From Promethearchaeota archaeon (GTDB lineage: Archaea > Asgardarchaeota > Lokiarchaeia > Sigyniarchaeales > SOKP01): 15,853 nt of DNA. A program made the position numbers and the translations under genes. Location: NCBI GenBank assembly GCA_004524535.1, contig SDNY01000084.1, positions 1 to 15,853 of the forward strand, in the 5' to 3' direction. Position 1 is the first letter of the stretch; each line of letters begins with the position of its first letter. The notes under the pieces are model-generated. The model made no database searches, had not been told where the DNA came from, and saw only the letters and a list, made by a program, of their open reading frames with translations. Positions 7,690-15,853 of this stretch are shown one piece after another.

Positions 7690-8413
7690 AATTTCGGAAG
7701 AAAAAGATTTAAAAGAAAGATTTGGAAATCTAGGATTATATCTAGTTGAAAAAGCTAAAAAAGAAATTAATGAAATTAATCGTCAAACTCTTTTTCAAAA
7801 AGCAGAAATTAGAAAAAGTTATATTGACAGATCTAATGAATCTTCTTTAAGAATCCGCAACCATTTTATTGAGACTTATAAGCAATTTTTAAATAGCAAA
7901 TTATCAAAAACCCTCCTTGATTCAAAAGAAGAAGTCTTAAAGATTAAAAACCAGCTCGTTGAAGAATTGAAAAATTTTATAAAAAATTATTTGAAAGAAA
8001 AAATTGAAGGTAGCTATTCAAATTATATAAATTTCATAATTGAAAAAATTAAAGAAAATAAGAATTTTATTGATAAACCCCCTAAAATTATTATTTTATT
8101 TAATTCTAAAGATTTTAATTATTTTAATGAAAATCCTAATAAATTAAAAAATCTCTTCAAGAATGATATAGAATTTAAAAAAGATCCTCATCAATCAATA
8201 GGTGGATTTAAAGTAATATTAGCCCATGGAGACATTTCTTTTAATTATTCGGTGGATGATATAATAAATGAAAATTTATCTATTATTCAACAAGAATTTT
8301 CAAATATAATTAGTGATTCTGAAATAAAAGAAATTGAAATCAATTTTGAAAATTTTATTCAAAACCAAAAACAAGGCATTAAGCAATATTTGGAAAACTA
8401 TGACAGAATCTAA
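7682..8413 (+). CDS. atpE: A/V-type ATPase peripheral stalk subunit E
   Basis: N-terminal coiled coil, then IIILFNSKD and SIGGFKVI...ISFNYSVD typical of the subunit E head; lies between F and A; extended C-terminus. Confidence 0.87.
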   Translation: MIRISEEKDLKERFGNLGLYLVEKAKKEINEINRQTLFQKAEIRKSYIDRSNESSLRIRNHFIETYKQFLNSKLSKTLLDSKEEVLKIKNQLVEELKNFIKNYLKEKIEGSYSNYINFIIEKIKENKNFIDKPPKIIILFNSKDFNYFNENPNKLKNLFKNDIEFKKDPHQSIGGFKVILAHGDISFNYSVDDIINENLSIIQQEFSNIISDSEIKEIEINFENFIQNQKQGIKQYLENYDRI

Positions 8414-10235
8414 GGATAAGAATTATGGGTATATTGCAGGAATAAGTGGATCTCTGATAACTGTGAAAGGATTAGAGAATGAAATACGGCTTAATGACTT
8501 AATTAAAGTCACAAATCACAATATTATAGGGCAAGTAATTCAAATCTATTCAGATTATATTATAGCACAATGTTTTGAAAACACCAATAATTTAAAACTA
8601 AGAGAGAAGGTTGAAAGTCTTTTTGAACCTTTATCTATGGAGTTAGCTCCAGGATTATTATCTAATATCTTTGATGGGATTCAAAGACCCTTAAAAGCTG
8701 CATTTGAAGATATTGAAAGCGAAGGTTTTTTAGAGAGAGGTTTAACTTTAAAATCTTTATCTCAAACAAATAAGTGGCATTTAGTTCCTAAAAGAAATCT
8801 TAATGAAAAAGTTAGCGGAGGAGATATTATAGGCACTGTGCAAGAAACTCCTTTAATCGAACATAGAATAATGGTACCCTTAGGAATTACTGGAGAATTA
8901 ACTTATATTGCCGAAGAGGGAGAATACACTATTCAGGATGAAATATACAGAGTTAAACAGGATAATATTGAAAAATCTTTTAATATGATTCAGCGTTGGC
9001 CAATTACTAAAAATAGACCATATATTAAAAGAATGATCCCTAAAGAACCATTAATTACAGGAATTCGTGTGATTGATTTATTGTTTCCTGTAGCAAAAGG
9101 AGGTACTGTTGCTGTTCCTGGGGGATTCGGATCTGGAAAAACTGTAACTCAACAATCGCTGGCAAAATGGTCTAATGCAGATGTTATTGTATATATTGGT
9201 TGTGGTGAGCGAGGAAATGAAATTGCCGATGTTTTAAAACAGTTCTCTGAAATAATAGATCCAAAAAGTGGTAGACCCTTATTAGAGCGTATTGTTCTTA
9301 TTGCAAATACTTCAAATATGCCAGTCTCTGCTCGTGGGGCAAGCATCTTTTCAGGTGTCACTATTGCTGAATATTATAGAGATATGGGTTATGATGTTGC
9401 TGTCCTAGCGGATAGCACCTCGAGATATGCGGAATCACTAAGAGAAATATCTGGTCTCTTGGAAGAAATGCCAGCAGAAGAAGGATATCCCGCATATCTG
9501 CCTTCTAGGCTCTCTAATTTTTATGAAAGAGCTGGCATAGTAAAGACATTTGGAAATGATACATCTAGCAATGTAAAAATTGGCTCATTAACAATTATTG
9601 GATCAGTATCCCCCCCTTCAGGAGATTTTAGTGAACCAGTAACATCAACGACTAGACGATTTGTCCAAGCATTCTGGGCCTTAGATGCGAATTTGGCATA
9701 TTCTAAACACTATCCTGCAATAAATTGGCTTGATTCTTATTCAAACTATCCCGAATATATCTCAGATTGGTGGTTTGAACAAGATATTAATTGGCCAGAG
9801 ATAAATATAGATTGGGAGGAATGCAGAGAACAAATAAATGAAATTTTATCAAAAGAGAATGATCTCAAAAATGTCGTACAATTAATAGGAGAAGAAAACC
9901 TCCCTGAGGATCAACAATTAATATTATTTATAGCAAGATTAATTCGTGAGGGCTTTCTGATTCAAAATGCTTTTGACAATATCGATAATTTTACTGATGT
10001 TAAAAAACTGTTAGGACAAGCAAAAATAATTCTTTTATTATATAAATTGGGCAAAGATTTATTAAAAAACGGTTTTATTGTTGAGGATATTAAAGATTTA
10101 GAAGTTGTAAATAATATATTAAGAATAAGTCAATCGATTGAAAATAATGAGTTTTACAAAATTGAAAAAATAAAAGATAATGTTCTAAGTGAAATTGAAT
10201 CATTAAAACTAAGATTAGGAGGAGTAAAAAGTTAA
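8400..10235 (+). CDS. atpA: A/V-type ATPase catalytic subunit A
   Basis: [19 protein letters not shown]-loop GGFGSGKT (9120-9143), [37 protein letters not shown] and HYPAINW. ATG8400 overlaps the atpE end and is preferred to TTG8334. Confidence 0.98.
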   Translation: MTESKDKNYGYIAGISGSLITVKGLENEIRLNDLIKVTNHNIIGQVIQIYSDYIIAQCFENTNNLKLREKVESLFEPLSMELAPGLLSNIFDGIQRPLKAAFEDIESEGFLERGLTLKSLSQTNKWHLVPKRNLNEKVSGGDIIGTVQETPLIEHRIMVPLGITGELTYIAEEGEYTIQDEIYRVKQDNIEKSFNMIQRWPITKNRPYIKRMIPKEPLITGIRVIDLLFPVAKGGTVAVPGGFGSGKTVTQQSLAKWSNADVIVYIGCGERGNEIADVLKQFSEIIDPKSGRPLLERIVLIANTSNMPVSARGASIFSGVTIAEYYRDMGYDVAVLADSTSRYAESLREISGLLEEMPAEEGYPAYLPSRLSNFYERAGIVKTFGNDTSSNVKIGSLTIIGSVSPPSGDFSEPVTSTTRRFVQAFWALDANLAYSKHYPAINWLDSYSNYPEYISDWWFEQDINWPEINIDWEECREQINEILSKENDLKNVVQLIGEENLPEDQQLILFIARLIREGFLIQNAFDNIDNFTDVKKLLGQAKIILLLYKLGKDLLKNGFIVEDIKDLEVVNNILRISQSIENNEFYKIEKIKDNVLSEIESLKLRLGGVKS

Positions 10236-10236
10236 A

Positions 10237-11628
10237 ATGAGTATAACTTATAAAAAAATTCAAGAAATTGTTGGACCACTAATATTTCTAAAAAATCAAC
10301 ATGACGTACAATATGGAGAAATCGTAAAAATACATTCTGAAAGTGGAAAAATTCGCACAGGTCAAGTTGTTAAATTGAGTGAAGAATCAATTGTTGTAGA
10401 AGTTTTTGAAGATACAACTGGTATATCTTCTAGAAATTCTGAGATATTATTTACAAAAGATAGTTTTAGGGTAAAAATTTCAAATGATATGTTAGGTCGA
10501 ACATTCAATTCATTAGGTCAATCAATTGATATTAAAACTAGGAAAATTATTGATTCGGAAATTTTAAGTTATACTGAAAGAGATATTAATGGCAAACCAA
10601 TAAATCCATTTGCAAGGGAATATCCCTCAGATGTAATTCAAACTGGAATATCTGTAATGGATGCCTTATTTACATTAATCAGAGGTCAAAAACTCCCTAT
10701 TTTTAGTGGACAGGGTTTACCTCATAATAAACTTGCAGCTCAAATAGTTACTCAAGCAAAAGTTTTGACTGGAGAATCTTTCTTAATAATTTTCTGTGGT
10801 ATTGGAATACTTCAAGATGAGGCAATTTACTTTTTAGACAGATTTAAAGAGAGTGGAAATATTCAGAATATCATTTCCTTTATTAATTTTTCAGATGATC
10901 CAATAATGGAAAGATTAATCGTGCCAAGAATAGCATTAACGACAGCGGAATATTTCGCATTTGAAAAAGGTATGCATGTACTTGTAATTTTAATTAATAT
11001 GACTAATTATGCTGAAGCATTAAGAGAATTGAGTGCGGCTAAAGAAGAGGTTCCAAGTAGGAAAGGATATCCGGGTTACTTATACTCTGATTTAGCCTCA
11101 TTATATGAGAGAACCGGTAAAATTAAAGGTAAGGAAGGTTCTATAACCCAAATTCCTATATTGACTATGCCAAATGATGATATCTCTCATCCAATTCCTG
11201 ATACGACGGGTTATATCACAGAAGGTCAGATTGTTTTGAATCGTAACTTATATAAACGGGGTATCTATCCGCCTTTTGAAGTCTTATCTTCTATCTCCAG
11301 ATTAATGAAAGATTCAATAGGTAAAATAACAACAAGAGAAGATCATGCTGATTTGAGTTCACAATTATTAGCATCATATTCAAAAGCTCTTGAGGTTCGG
11401 GATTTAATCTCAATAGTGGGAGAAGATGGGTTAAATATGGACCAGAAAGTCCTCTTAAAATTCGGTGAATCTTTTGAAAATAAATTTATGAATCAAGGAA
11501 CATCTGAAACTAGAGATTTTAATCAGACATTCAACATTGTATGGGATATTTTATCCAATTTACCGTCTAAATTGTTATTTAGAATTCATCAAAAATTTAT
11601 AGATAAATATTTTAATGGAGTATTATAA
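10237..11628 (+). CDS. atpB: A/V-type ATPase subunit B
   Basis: [60 protein letters not shown] and arginine-finger SRLMKD. Confidence 0.98.
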   Translation: MSITYKKIQEIVGPLIFLKNQHDVQYGEIVKIHSESGKIRTGQVVKLSEESIVVEVFEDTTGISSRNSEILFTKDSFRVKISNDMLGRTFNSLGQSIDIKTRKIIDSEILSYTERDINGKPINPFAREYPSDVIQTGISVMDALFTLIRGQKLPIFSGQGLPHNKLAAQIVTQAKVLTGESFLIIFCGIGILQDEAIYFLDRFKESGNIQNIISFINFSDDPIMERLIVPRIALTTAEYFAFEKGMHVLVILINMTNYAEALRELSAAKEEVPSRKGYPGYLYSDLASLYERTGKIKGKEGSITQIPILTMPNDDISHPIPDTTGYITEGQIVLNRNLYKRGIYPPFEVLSSISRLMKDSIGKITTREDHADLSSQLLASYSKALEVRDLISIVGEDGLNMDQKVLLKFGESFENKFMNQGTSETRDFNQTFNIVWDILSNLPSKLLFRIHQKFIDKYFNGVL

Positions 11629-11645
11629 AAAGGTGAAAATATAAA

Positions 11646-12281
11646 ATCAGCTTTAAGAAAATTAAGCCTACGAGAACCAATTTGATGGAATTGCAGAGAA
11701 AAATGATCTTTGCCCAAAGAGGTAAAGAATTTCTTGAATTTAGAAGAGAACAGATAATCAAATTAATCAATGAATATTGGAAAAAGTATCATCTACAACA
11801 AAAAGGTTTTTTCTCTCTGTTTAAAAAACTAATGCTTTTACTAAACGAAACATATAAAGAAATGGGGAAAAAGAATTTTAACATCATAAGTAGCATAAGT
11901 AAAATTCGCCTTGAACCAAAATTTATTTTAAAATATGTAAAGAAGGCAGGTATAATAATTCCCCATATCGAATATGAATTAATACAAGAAAGACACCTTC
12001 CTGCATATAGTTTTGAAATATCTTCGCATTATCTTGATGATTTAATTGTTTTATTGAAAAAATTTATTGAACAGATTATGCGAACAGCAGAAGTTGAAGA
12101 TATTATGCTAAAATTTGCATTTAATTTTAAGAAAATTGATCGAAGAATTAACGCTCTTAAAAATATTATTATTCCAAATCTACAATCAGATATAAAAACT
12201 ATTAAAGATATTTTAGAAGAAATAGAAAGAGAAGAGTATGTTAGATTAAAAATAACTAAAGAAAAAATTCATTTAGGGTAA
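11646..12281 (+). CDS. atpD: A/V-type ATPase central stalk subunit D; proposed ATC start at 11646 (ORF track start TTG11682)
   Basis: Conserved N-terminal KPTR..L..L......A.RG starts upstream of TTG11682; C-terminal RRINALKNIIIP...ILEEIEREEYVRLK; AGGTGA at 11631-11636. Confidence 0.93.
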   Translation: MSFKKIKPTRTNLMELQRKMIFAQRGKEFLEFRREQIIKLINEYWKKYHLQQKGFFSLFKKLMLLLNETYKEMGKKNFNIISSISKIRLEPKFILKYVKKAGIIIPHIEYELIQERHLPAYSFEISSHYLDDLIVLLKKFIEQIMRTAEVEDIMLKFAFNFKKIDRRINALKNIIIPNLQSDIKTIKDILEEIEREEYVRLKITKEKIHLG

Positions 12282-12287
12282 AATTTC

Positions 12288-14588
12288 TTGACTGACAAAA
12301 CGCAAATGAGTTTGATAAAGGTTATCATTAAAAGTAATTATAAAAACCAACTTTTGAGACTACTCTCAAATTTAAATATTGTTCATATTAAATCAAAAAT
12401 GAAAAAGGATTTGAAGGTAATTGAAAAAGATCAACCTTTTGCTGAAAAATTAAAAAATTTAAGGCAATCCTTAGATACTTTATTTAAAAAACTTCGGATA
12501 AGTGAATCTGAAATCCAGGATTTAAGATTTGAAAGAGATGAAAGAATTGAATTTGTAGTAAAAGATTTACAAGAATTGTTAAGTCAAACATTAGAAGAAA
12601 TTAACTTTCTCTATAATCGAATTAATGAATTAGACAAATACATTGTTAGAGCCAAAATTGAATTAGAAAATCTGAATACAATTAAAAGTTGTTATTATTT
12701 TTTAGAAAAGTATAATTTAACTCGCGATAGTCCTATTAATTTTAATCAATTGGTTTTTAAAGTCTATACAACTTTTTCTAAAAATTTAATTAACTTAAAA
12801 ACTCTTTTTGAATTTACCCAATTTCCTAATGTGTATCAAACTTATCCTATCTCAGAAGATCGTATCACTTTTTATATTATTTATCCAAAGGACAGAGAAG
12901 ATGATTTTAGAGAAAGGATCAGTCTCATTCATGCTGAAGAAATACCCATATTAAAGAAATATCTTACTCAGGAAGGAATAAATTTCAATAGAATATCCAA
13001 AGAAATTGATATTATTAAGAATTCGCTATCAAAATATTTAAAGGAGCAAAAACGCATAAGAAATGATTTTCTTTTAAAATTTGCTGCAATACATGAAATT
13101 GTTCAAAATATTGAAGAATATTATTGGGCTTCAAAGCAATTTGAAGAATTACCGTCAGGTCGAGTGGTTCTTAAATTTTTTGTACCAAGCGGTAAAAAGC
13201 AGGAAGTTATTTCATATTTAAAAAAAAATCTAGAAACAAACATTATAATTGAATCGATTGATATCTCTAAAAAAAGAGTATTAAAGGAATCTGAAGAATT
13301 TAAAGAAAAATATAAAAAATTAGAAGCAAAATATCCATCAAAAACAGAAATATCTAATGAAAATGTTCAAGAGATAGAAGAATCAGATTATGAAAAAGAA
13401 GATTTAAGAAAAGAAACTCCTAGAGCTATGCATAATTTCTTTTTATTCAGACCATTTGAAACTTTAACAAAATTATACGGAAGACCATCATATTCGGAAG
13501 TCGATCCAACGCCAGTTTTATTTTTTACTTTTCCTTTATTATTTGGGTTAATGTTTGGAGACATAGGCCATGGTATTTGTTTAGTGATTGCAGGATTAAT
13601 AGGCGCCATTATTTTTAGAAAACGAAAAGGAAGTGATTTATATAATTTTTGTTGGATAATTTTTTGGTGTGGATGGGGCGCTATTTTAATAGGATTTTTT
13701 TATGGTGAATTCTTCGGAATGAATGAAATTTTAATTTTAGGAATTGAATTAAAACCCATTATTATTAAAATCCCTTATTTTGATATTAGTTTCACTCTCC
13801 ATAATCCTTTGGAGAATATTATAACCCTGTTTAAATTTGTAATTTTAATTGGTGTAATTCATATTAATTTAGGCTGGTTTATCCAATTTTTAAACTATTG
13901 GAAACAAAAATATAAGTATCTTGCTCTTTCAGATTCATTATGTAAAATTAGTTTATTAACTGGAGGAACTATTTTAATTTTTATATTTGGATTTGATATT
14001 AATGCTTGGTTTTCTTATCCTTACCCCATATTACTTGTTTTAATTCCCGGACTTTTGCTAATCTTCTTAAAGCCTTTAGGAAGAGTATTTAGCGTCTCAT
14101 ATTTGGAAAAGGATACTTTCGGGGAATTATTAGGGGAAGGTTCATTAGAAACTTTTGAGACGGCATTATCAATTTTGAGCAATGTCGCATCTTATGCAAG
14201 ATTATTAGCATTAGCATTAGCCCATATTGCATTGATGGTTTCAATTCAAGCCATAGTAGGGTTAATTCAAGGTGAGGGAATCGGTTTTCAAATTTTATTT
14301 ATAATTTGTTTAATATTTGGAAATCTGGTAGTTATTTTAATTGAAGGCGTAATGGTCTTTATTAATGCATTAAGACTTCACTTTTATGAGTTCTTTAATA
14401 AATTTTATCAAGGAACGGGTCTATTATTTTTTCCTTTCTTTTTAGATGATGATTATTCAATTATTACATTTAAAATTGAGGCAGAGAAAGATGTTATTTC
14501 CGAAGAAATTGAGAGAGAAATCGAAGCAAAAAAGGCAAAAGAGGAAATAGGCAAAGCTGTAAGCTTCCTCTCTGATAAATTCCTTTAA
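12288..14588 (+). CDS. atpI: A/V-type ATPase membrane subunit I (a)
   Basis: YGRPSYSEVDPT, FGLMFGDIGHG, GFFYGEFFG, essential Arg in SNVASYARLLAL (AGA 14199-14201) and LRLHFYEFFNKFYQG; TTG start. Confidence 0.97.
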   Translation: MTDKTQMSLIKVIIKSNYKNQLLRLLSNLNIVHIKSKMKKDLKVIEKDQPFAEKLKNLRQSLDTLFKKLRISESEIQDLRFERDERIEFVVKDLQELLSQTLEEINFLYNRINELDKYIVRAKIELENLNTIKSCYYFLEKYNLTRDSPINFNQLVFKVYTTFSKNLINLKTLFEFTQFPNVYQTYPISEDRITFYIIYPKDREDDFRERISLIHAEEIPILKKYLTQEGINFNRISKEIDIIKNSLSKYLKEQKRIRNDFLLKFAAIHEIVQNIEEYYWASKQFEELPSGRVVLKFFVPSGKKQEVISYLKKNLETNIIIESIDISKKRVLKESEEFKEKYKKLEAKYPSKTEISNENVQEIEESDYEKEDLRKETPRAMHNFFLFRPFETLTKLYGRPSYSEVDPTPVLFFTFPLLFGLMFGDIGHGICLVIAGLIGAIIFRKRKGSDLYNFCWIIFWCGWGAILIGFFYGEFFGMNEILILGIELKPIIIKIPYFDISFTLHNPLENIITLFKFVILIGVIHINLGWFIQFLNYWKQKYKYLALSDSLCKISLLTGGTILIFIFGFDINAWFSYPYPILLVLIPGLLLIFLKPLGRVFSVSYLEKDTFGELLGEGSLETFETALSILSNVASYARLLALALAHIALMVSIQAIVGLIQGEGIGFQILFIICLIFGNLVVILIEGVMVFINALRLHFYEFFNKFYQGTGLLFFPFFLDDDYSIITFKIEAEKDVISEEIEREIEAKKAKEEIGKAVSFLSDKFL

Positions 14589-14599
14589 ATCTGAAAATC

Positions 14600-14609
14600 T
14601 TTCTTTTTT
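14600..14609 (+). terminator. Putative oligo-T terminator after atpI
   Basis: TTTCTTTTTT starts 11 nt after the atpI stop codon. Confidence 0.4.
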
Positions 14610-14627
14610 AACTCGTAAACTCTTAAA

Positions 14628-15080
14628 ATGACAATAATAGAAGAGAATAATAATAAAGAATTAACTTATAAGAAACTTATTTTAACATCAATATTTCTTT
14701 TTGTCAATATTTTAATTTTGCTTTTCTTATTTTCTCTGTATTTTAAATTCGGAGCAACTCCCATTATAATCTTTTTAATATTTTTATTTGCATTTTTAAT
14801 GCTTTTTACCCCTTTTTTAAGAAGAAAAAGGAAATCCCTTTATTCTAGAATATTTCCAGATAAGAAAAATGCAAAAGAGATGCAGAGAAGACAAAAAGAA
14901 TTTATACGGACAAGAGTTGAGCCGAATCTTCCTCAACAAAAAGAGATAAAATCAGTCGATCTCAAGATCAGACCAATAGGTCGGACTAAACAACTTATAA
15001 AAAAATGTCCAAATTGTGGAATGATCCTTGGAAGTTTTGTTAAAAAATGCCCTGCGTGTGGAAAATCTATAATTGATTGA
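14628..15080 (+). CDS. Hypothetical protein with two TM helices and a C-terminal zinc ribbon
   Basis: Two hydrophobic stretches (LILTSIFLFVNILILLFLFSLYF; IIIFLIFLFAFLMLFTPFL), a basic RRKRK stop-transfer, and CPNC-x10-CPAC at the C-terminus. Confidence 0.85.
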   Translation: MTIIEENNNKELTYKKLILTSIFLFVNILILLFLFSLYFKFGATPIIIFLIFLFAFLMLFTPFLRRKRKSLYSRIFPDKKNAKEMQRRQKEFIRTRVEPNLPQQKEIKSVDLKIRPIGRTKQLIKKCPNCGMILGSFVKKCPACGKSIID

Positions 15081-15103
15081 GTTTGTATCTATATCTTTTT
15101 AAT

Positions 15104-15853
15104 CTAACTTTTAAAGTGCTTTTTAACTAAAAAAATGGTTCCTTTCCATTTATGAGTCATTATACATACTCTTTTAATATCTTTAATTTGTTCTCTGTAA
15201 TAGTCCTCAAAATCTTCTATTAGCGCGTTTAATTTTTTCTTAATAACAGGATTTTCTTCTTCAACAATAAGGACAAATACTACATCTTCAGAACTATTTA
15301 ATTTAAACATGATTTTTCGATCTCCATGATCAATTGTTCTGACTTTTTGTTCCCCTTTTATAATTTCTTTTAACATACTCATCATCCCTATAATACCCCC
15401 AGAAATTATTAATGAATCATTTGAATCTCCCTCTATTAGAAATGGATGATCATATAATAATATACCACTATGGTAAATAACATATAAATGGATTAATTTA
15501 TCATACCAAGTTATCATGGGCAATCTTATAGTTATAGTTCTTGTTTTCTCATCTCTGTCAAATTCCCTTAATAAAACTCCTTGGTGGAGCTTCATAATAT
15601 CGTCCGAATATTGCATTTCGAAGGGATACTCATCATATTTAACTTCGATTTCATGACTTTTTACTTGGATTTTGGCGTACTCATCTTTCTTTTGTAATGA
15701 TATAGATATCTTCTCTTGTTTAGGTGTATTTTTCATTGAGCTAATTAAAAAGTATTCAAAAATCTGTTTAATTCTGCTCTTATCAACTTCAGCGAAAATT
15801 TCTTCTCTTACTTTTAAAGTTATTCCAACTTCCCGGAATTTTAAATTCTCGTA
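15104..15853 (-). CDS. 5'-truncated protein: degenerate HATPase_c (histidine kinase-like) domain fused to a C-terminal longin-like domain
   Basis: The frame is open 39 codons upstream of ATG15736 to the window edge (YENLKFREVGITLKVREEIFAEVDKSRIKQIFEYFLISS-MKNTP). VDKSRIKQIF...MKNTP...KIQVKS...IMKLHQG...TITIRLP follows the HATPase_c pattern. HLYVIYHSGILLY...IISGGIIG...LKEI...IDHGD...VFVLIV resembles Asgard longin-like domains. Confidence 0.75.
   Translation of the reverse strand, partial: YENLKFREVGITLKVREEIFAEVDKSRIKQIFEYFLISSMKNTPKQEKISISLQKKDEYAKIQVKSHEIEVKYDEYPFEMQYSDDIMKLHQGVLLREFDRDEKTRTITIRLPMITWYDKLIHLYVIYHSGILLYDHPFLIEGDSNDSLIISGGIIGMMSMLKEIIKGEQKVRTIDHGDRKIMFKLNSSEDVVFVLIVEEENPVIKKKLNALIEDFEDYYREQIKDIKRVCIMTHKWKGTIFLVKKHFKS

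Noticed and set aside
8334-8399. 22 aa N-terminal extension of atpA from TTG8334
   Set aside because: Lies wholly inside atpE. ATG8400 gives a normal N-terminus and a short 14 nt overlap.
9149-9361. 70 aa - strand ORF
   Set aside because: Antisense to the conserved catalytic core of atpA.
8400-10235. Intein in subunit A (a common insertion site in archaeal atpA)
   Set aside because: Length is 611 aa and the sequence is continuous through the P-loop and GCGERGNE regions.
13388-13609. 73 aa - strand ORF
   Set aside because: Antisense to a conserved region of atpI.
15078-15107. Selenocysteine-type readthrough of the TGA ending the zinc-ribbon gene
   Set aside because: The TGA is not at a Cys-motif position, readthrough adds only 8 further residues before TAA, and no SECIS-like hairpin was seen.
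15734-15736. ATG15736 as the start of a 210 aa protein
   Set aside because: The frame is open upstream to the window edge and the ATG falls within the HATPase N-box helix, so it is probably an internal Met.
1-15853. CRISPR arrays, tRNA/rRNA genes, IS elements
   Set aside because: The window is almost fully coding with short AT-rich spacers. No spaced repeats, cloverleaf or transposase motifs were seen by eye.

Overview
AT-rich archaeal chromosomal segment, most consistent with an Asgard archaeon (Lokiarchaeia-like). This is inferred from an ITPK1-like ATP-grasp kinase, an Asgard-type longin-like domain, GGTGA ribosome-binding sites and an A/V-type ATPase. Left to right: a partial Trp-rich membrane protein (-); an ITPK1-like ATP-grasp kinase (+); a minus-strand run of LMW phosphatase, nicotinamidase PncA, two tandem DUF998-type membrane paralogues and a DEAD-box helicase; a complete nine-gene A/V-type ATPase operon in the unusual order K-C-H-F-E-A-B-D-I (+); a two-TM zinc-ribbon protein (+); and a 5'-truncated gene fusing a degenerate HATPase_c domain to a longin-like domain (-). 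The most striking signal is that three genes (atpC, atpD, one DUF998 paralogue) appear to start at near-cognate codons (ACG, ATC, ATT) placed behind GTGA SD motifs. Also notable are a T8A8 element right after the c-ring gene and the pseudo-kinase/longin fusion. No RNA genes, CRISPR arrays or mobile elements were recognised. All family calls come from motif recognition by eye, not database searches.
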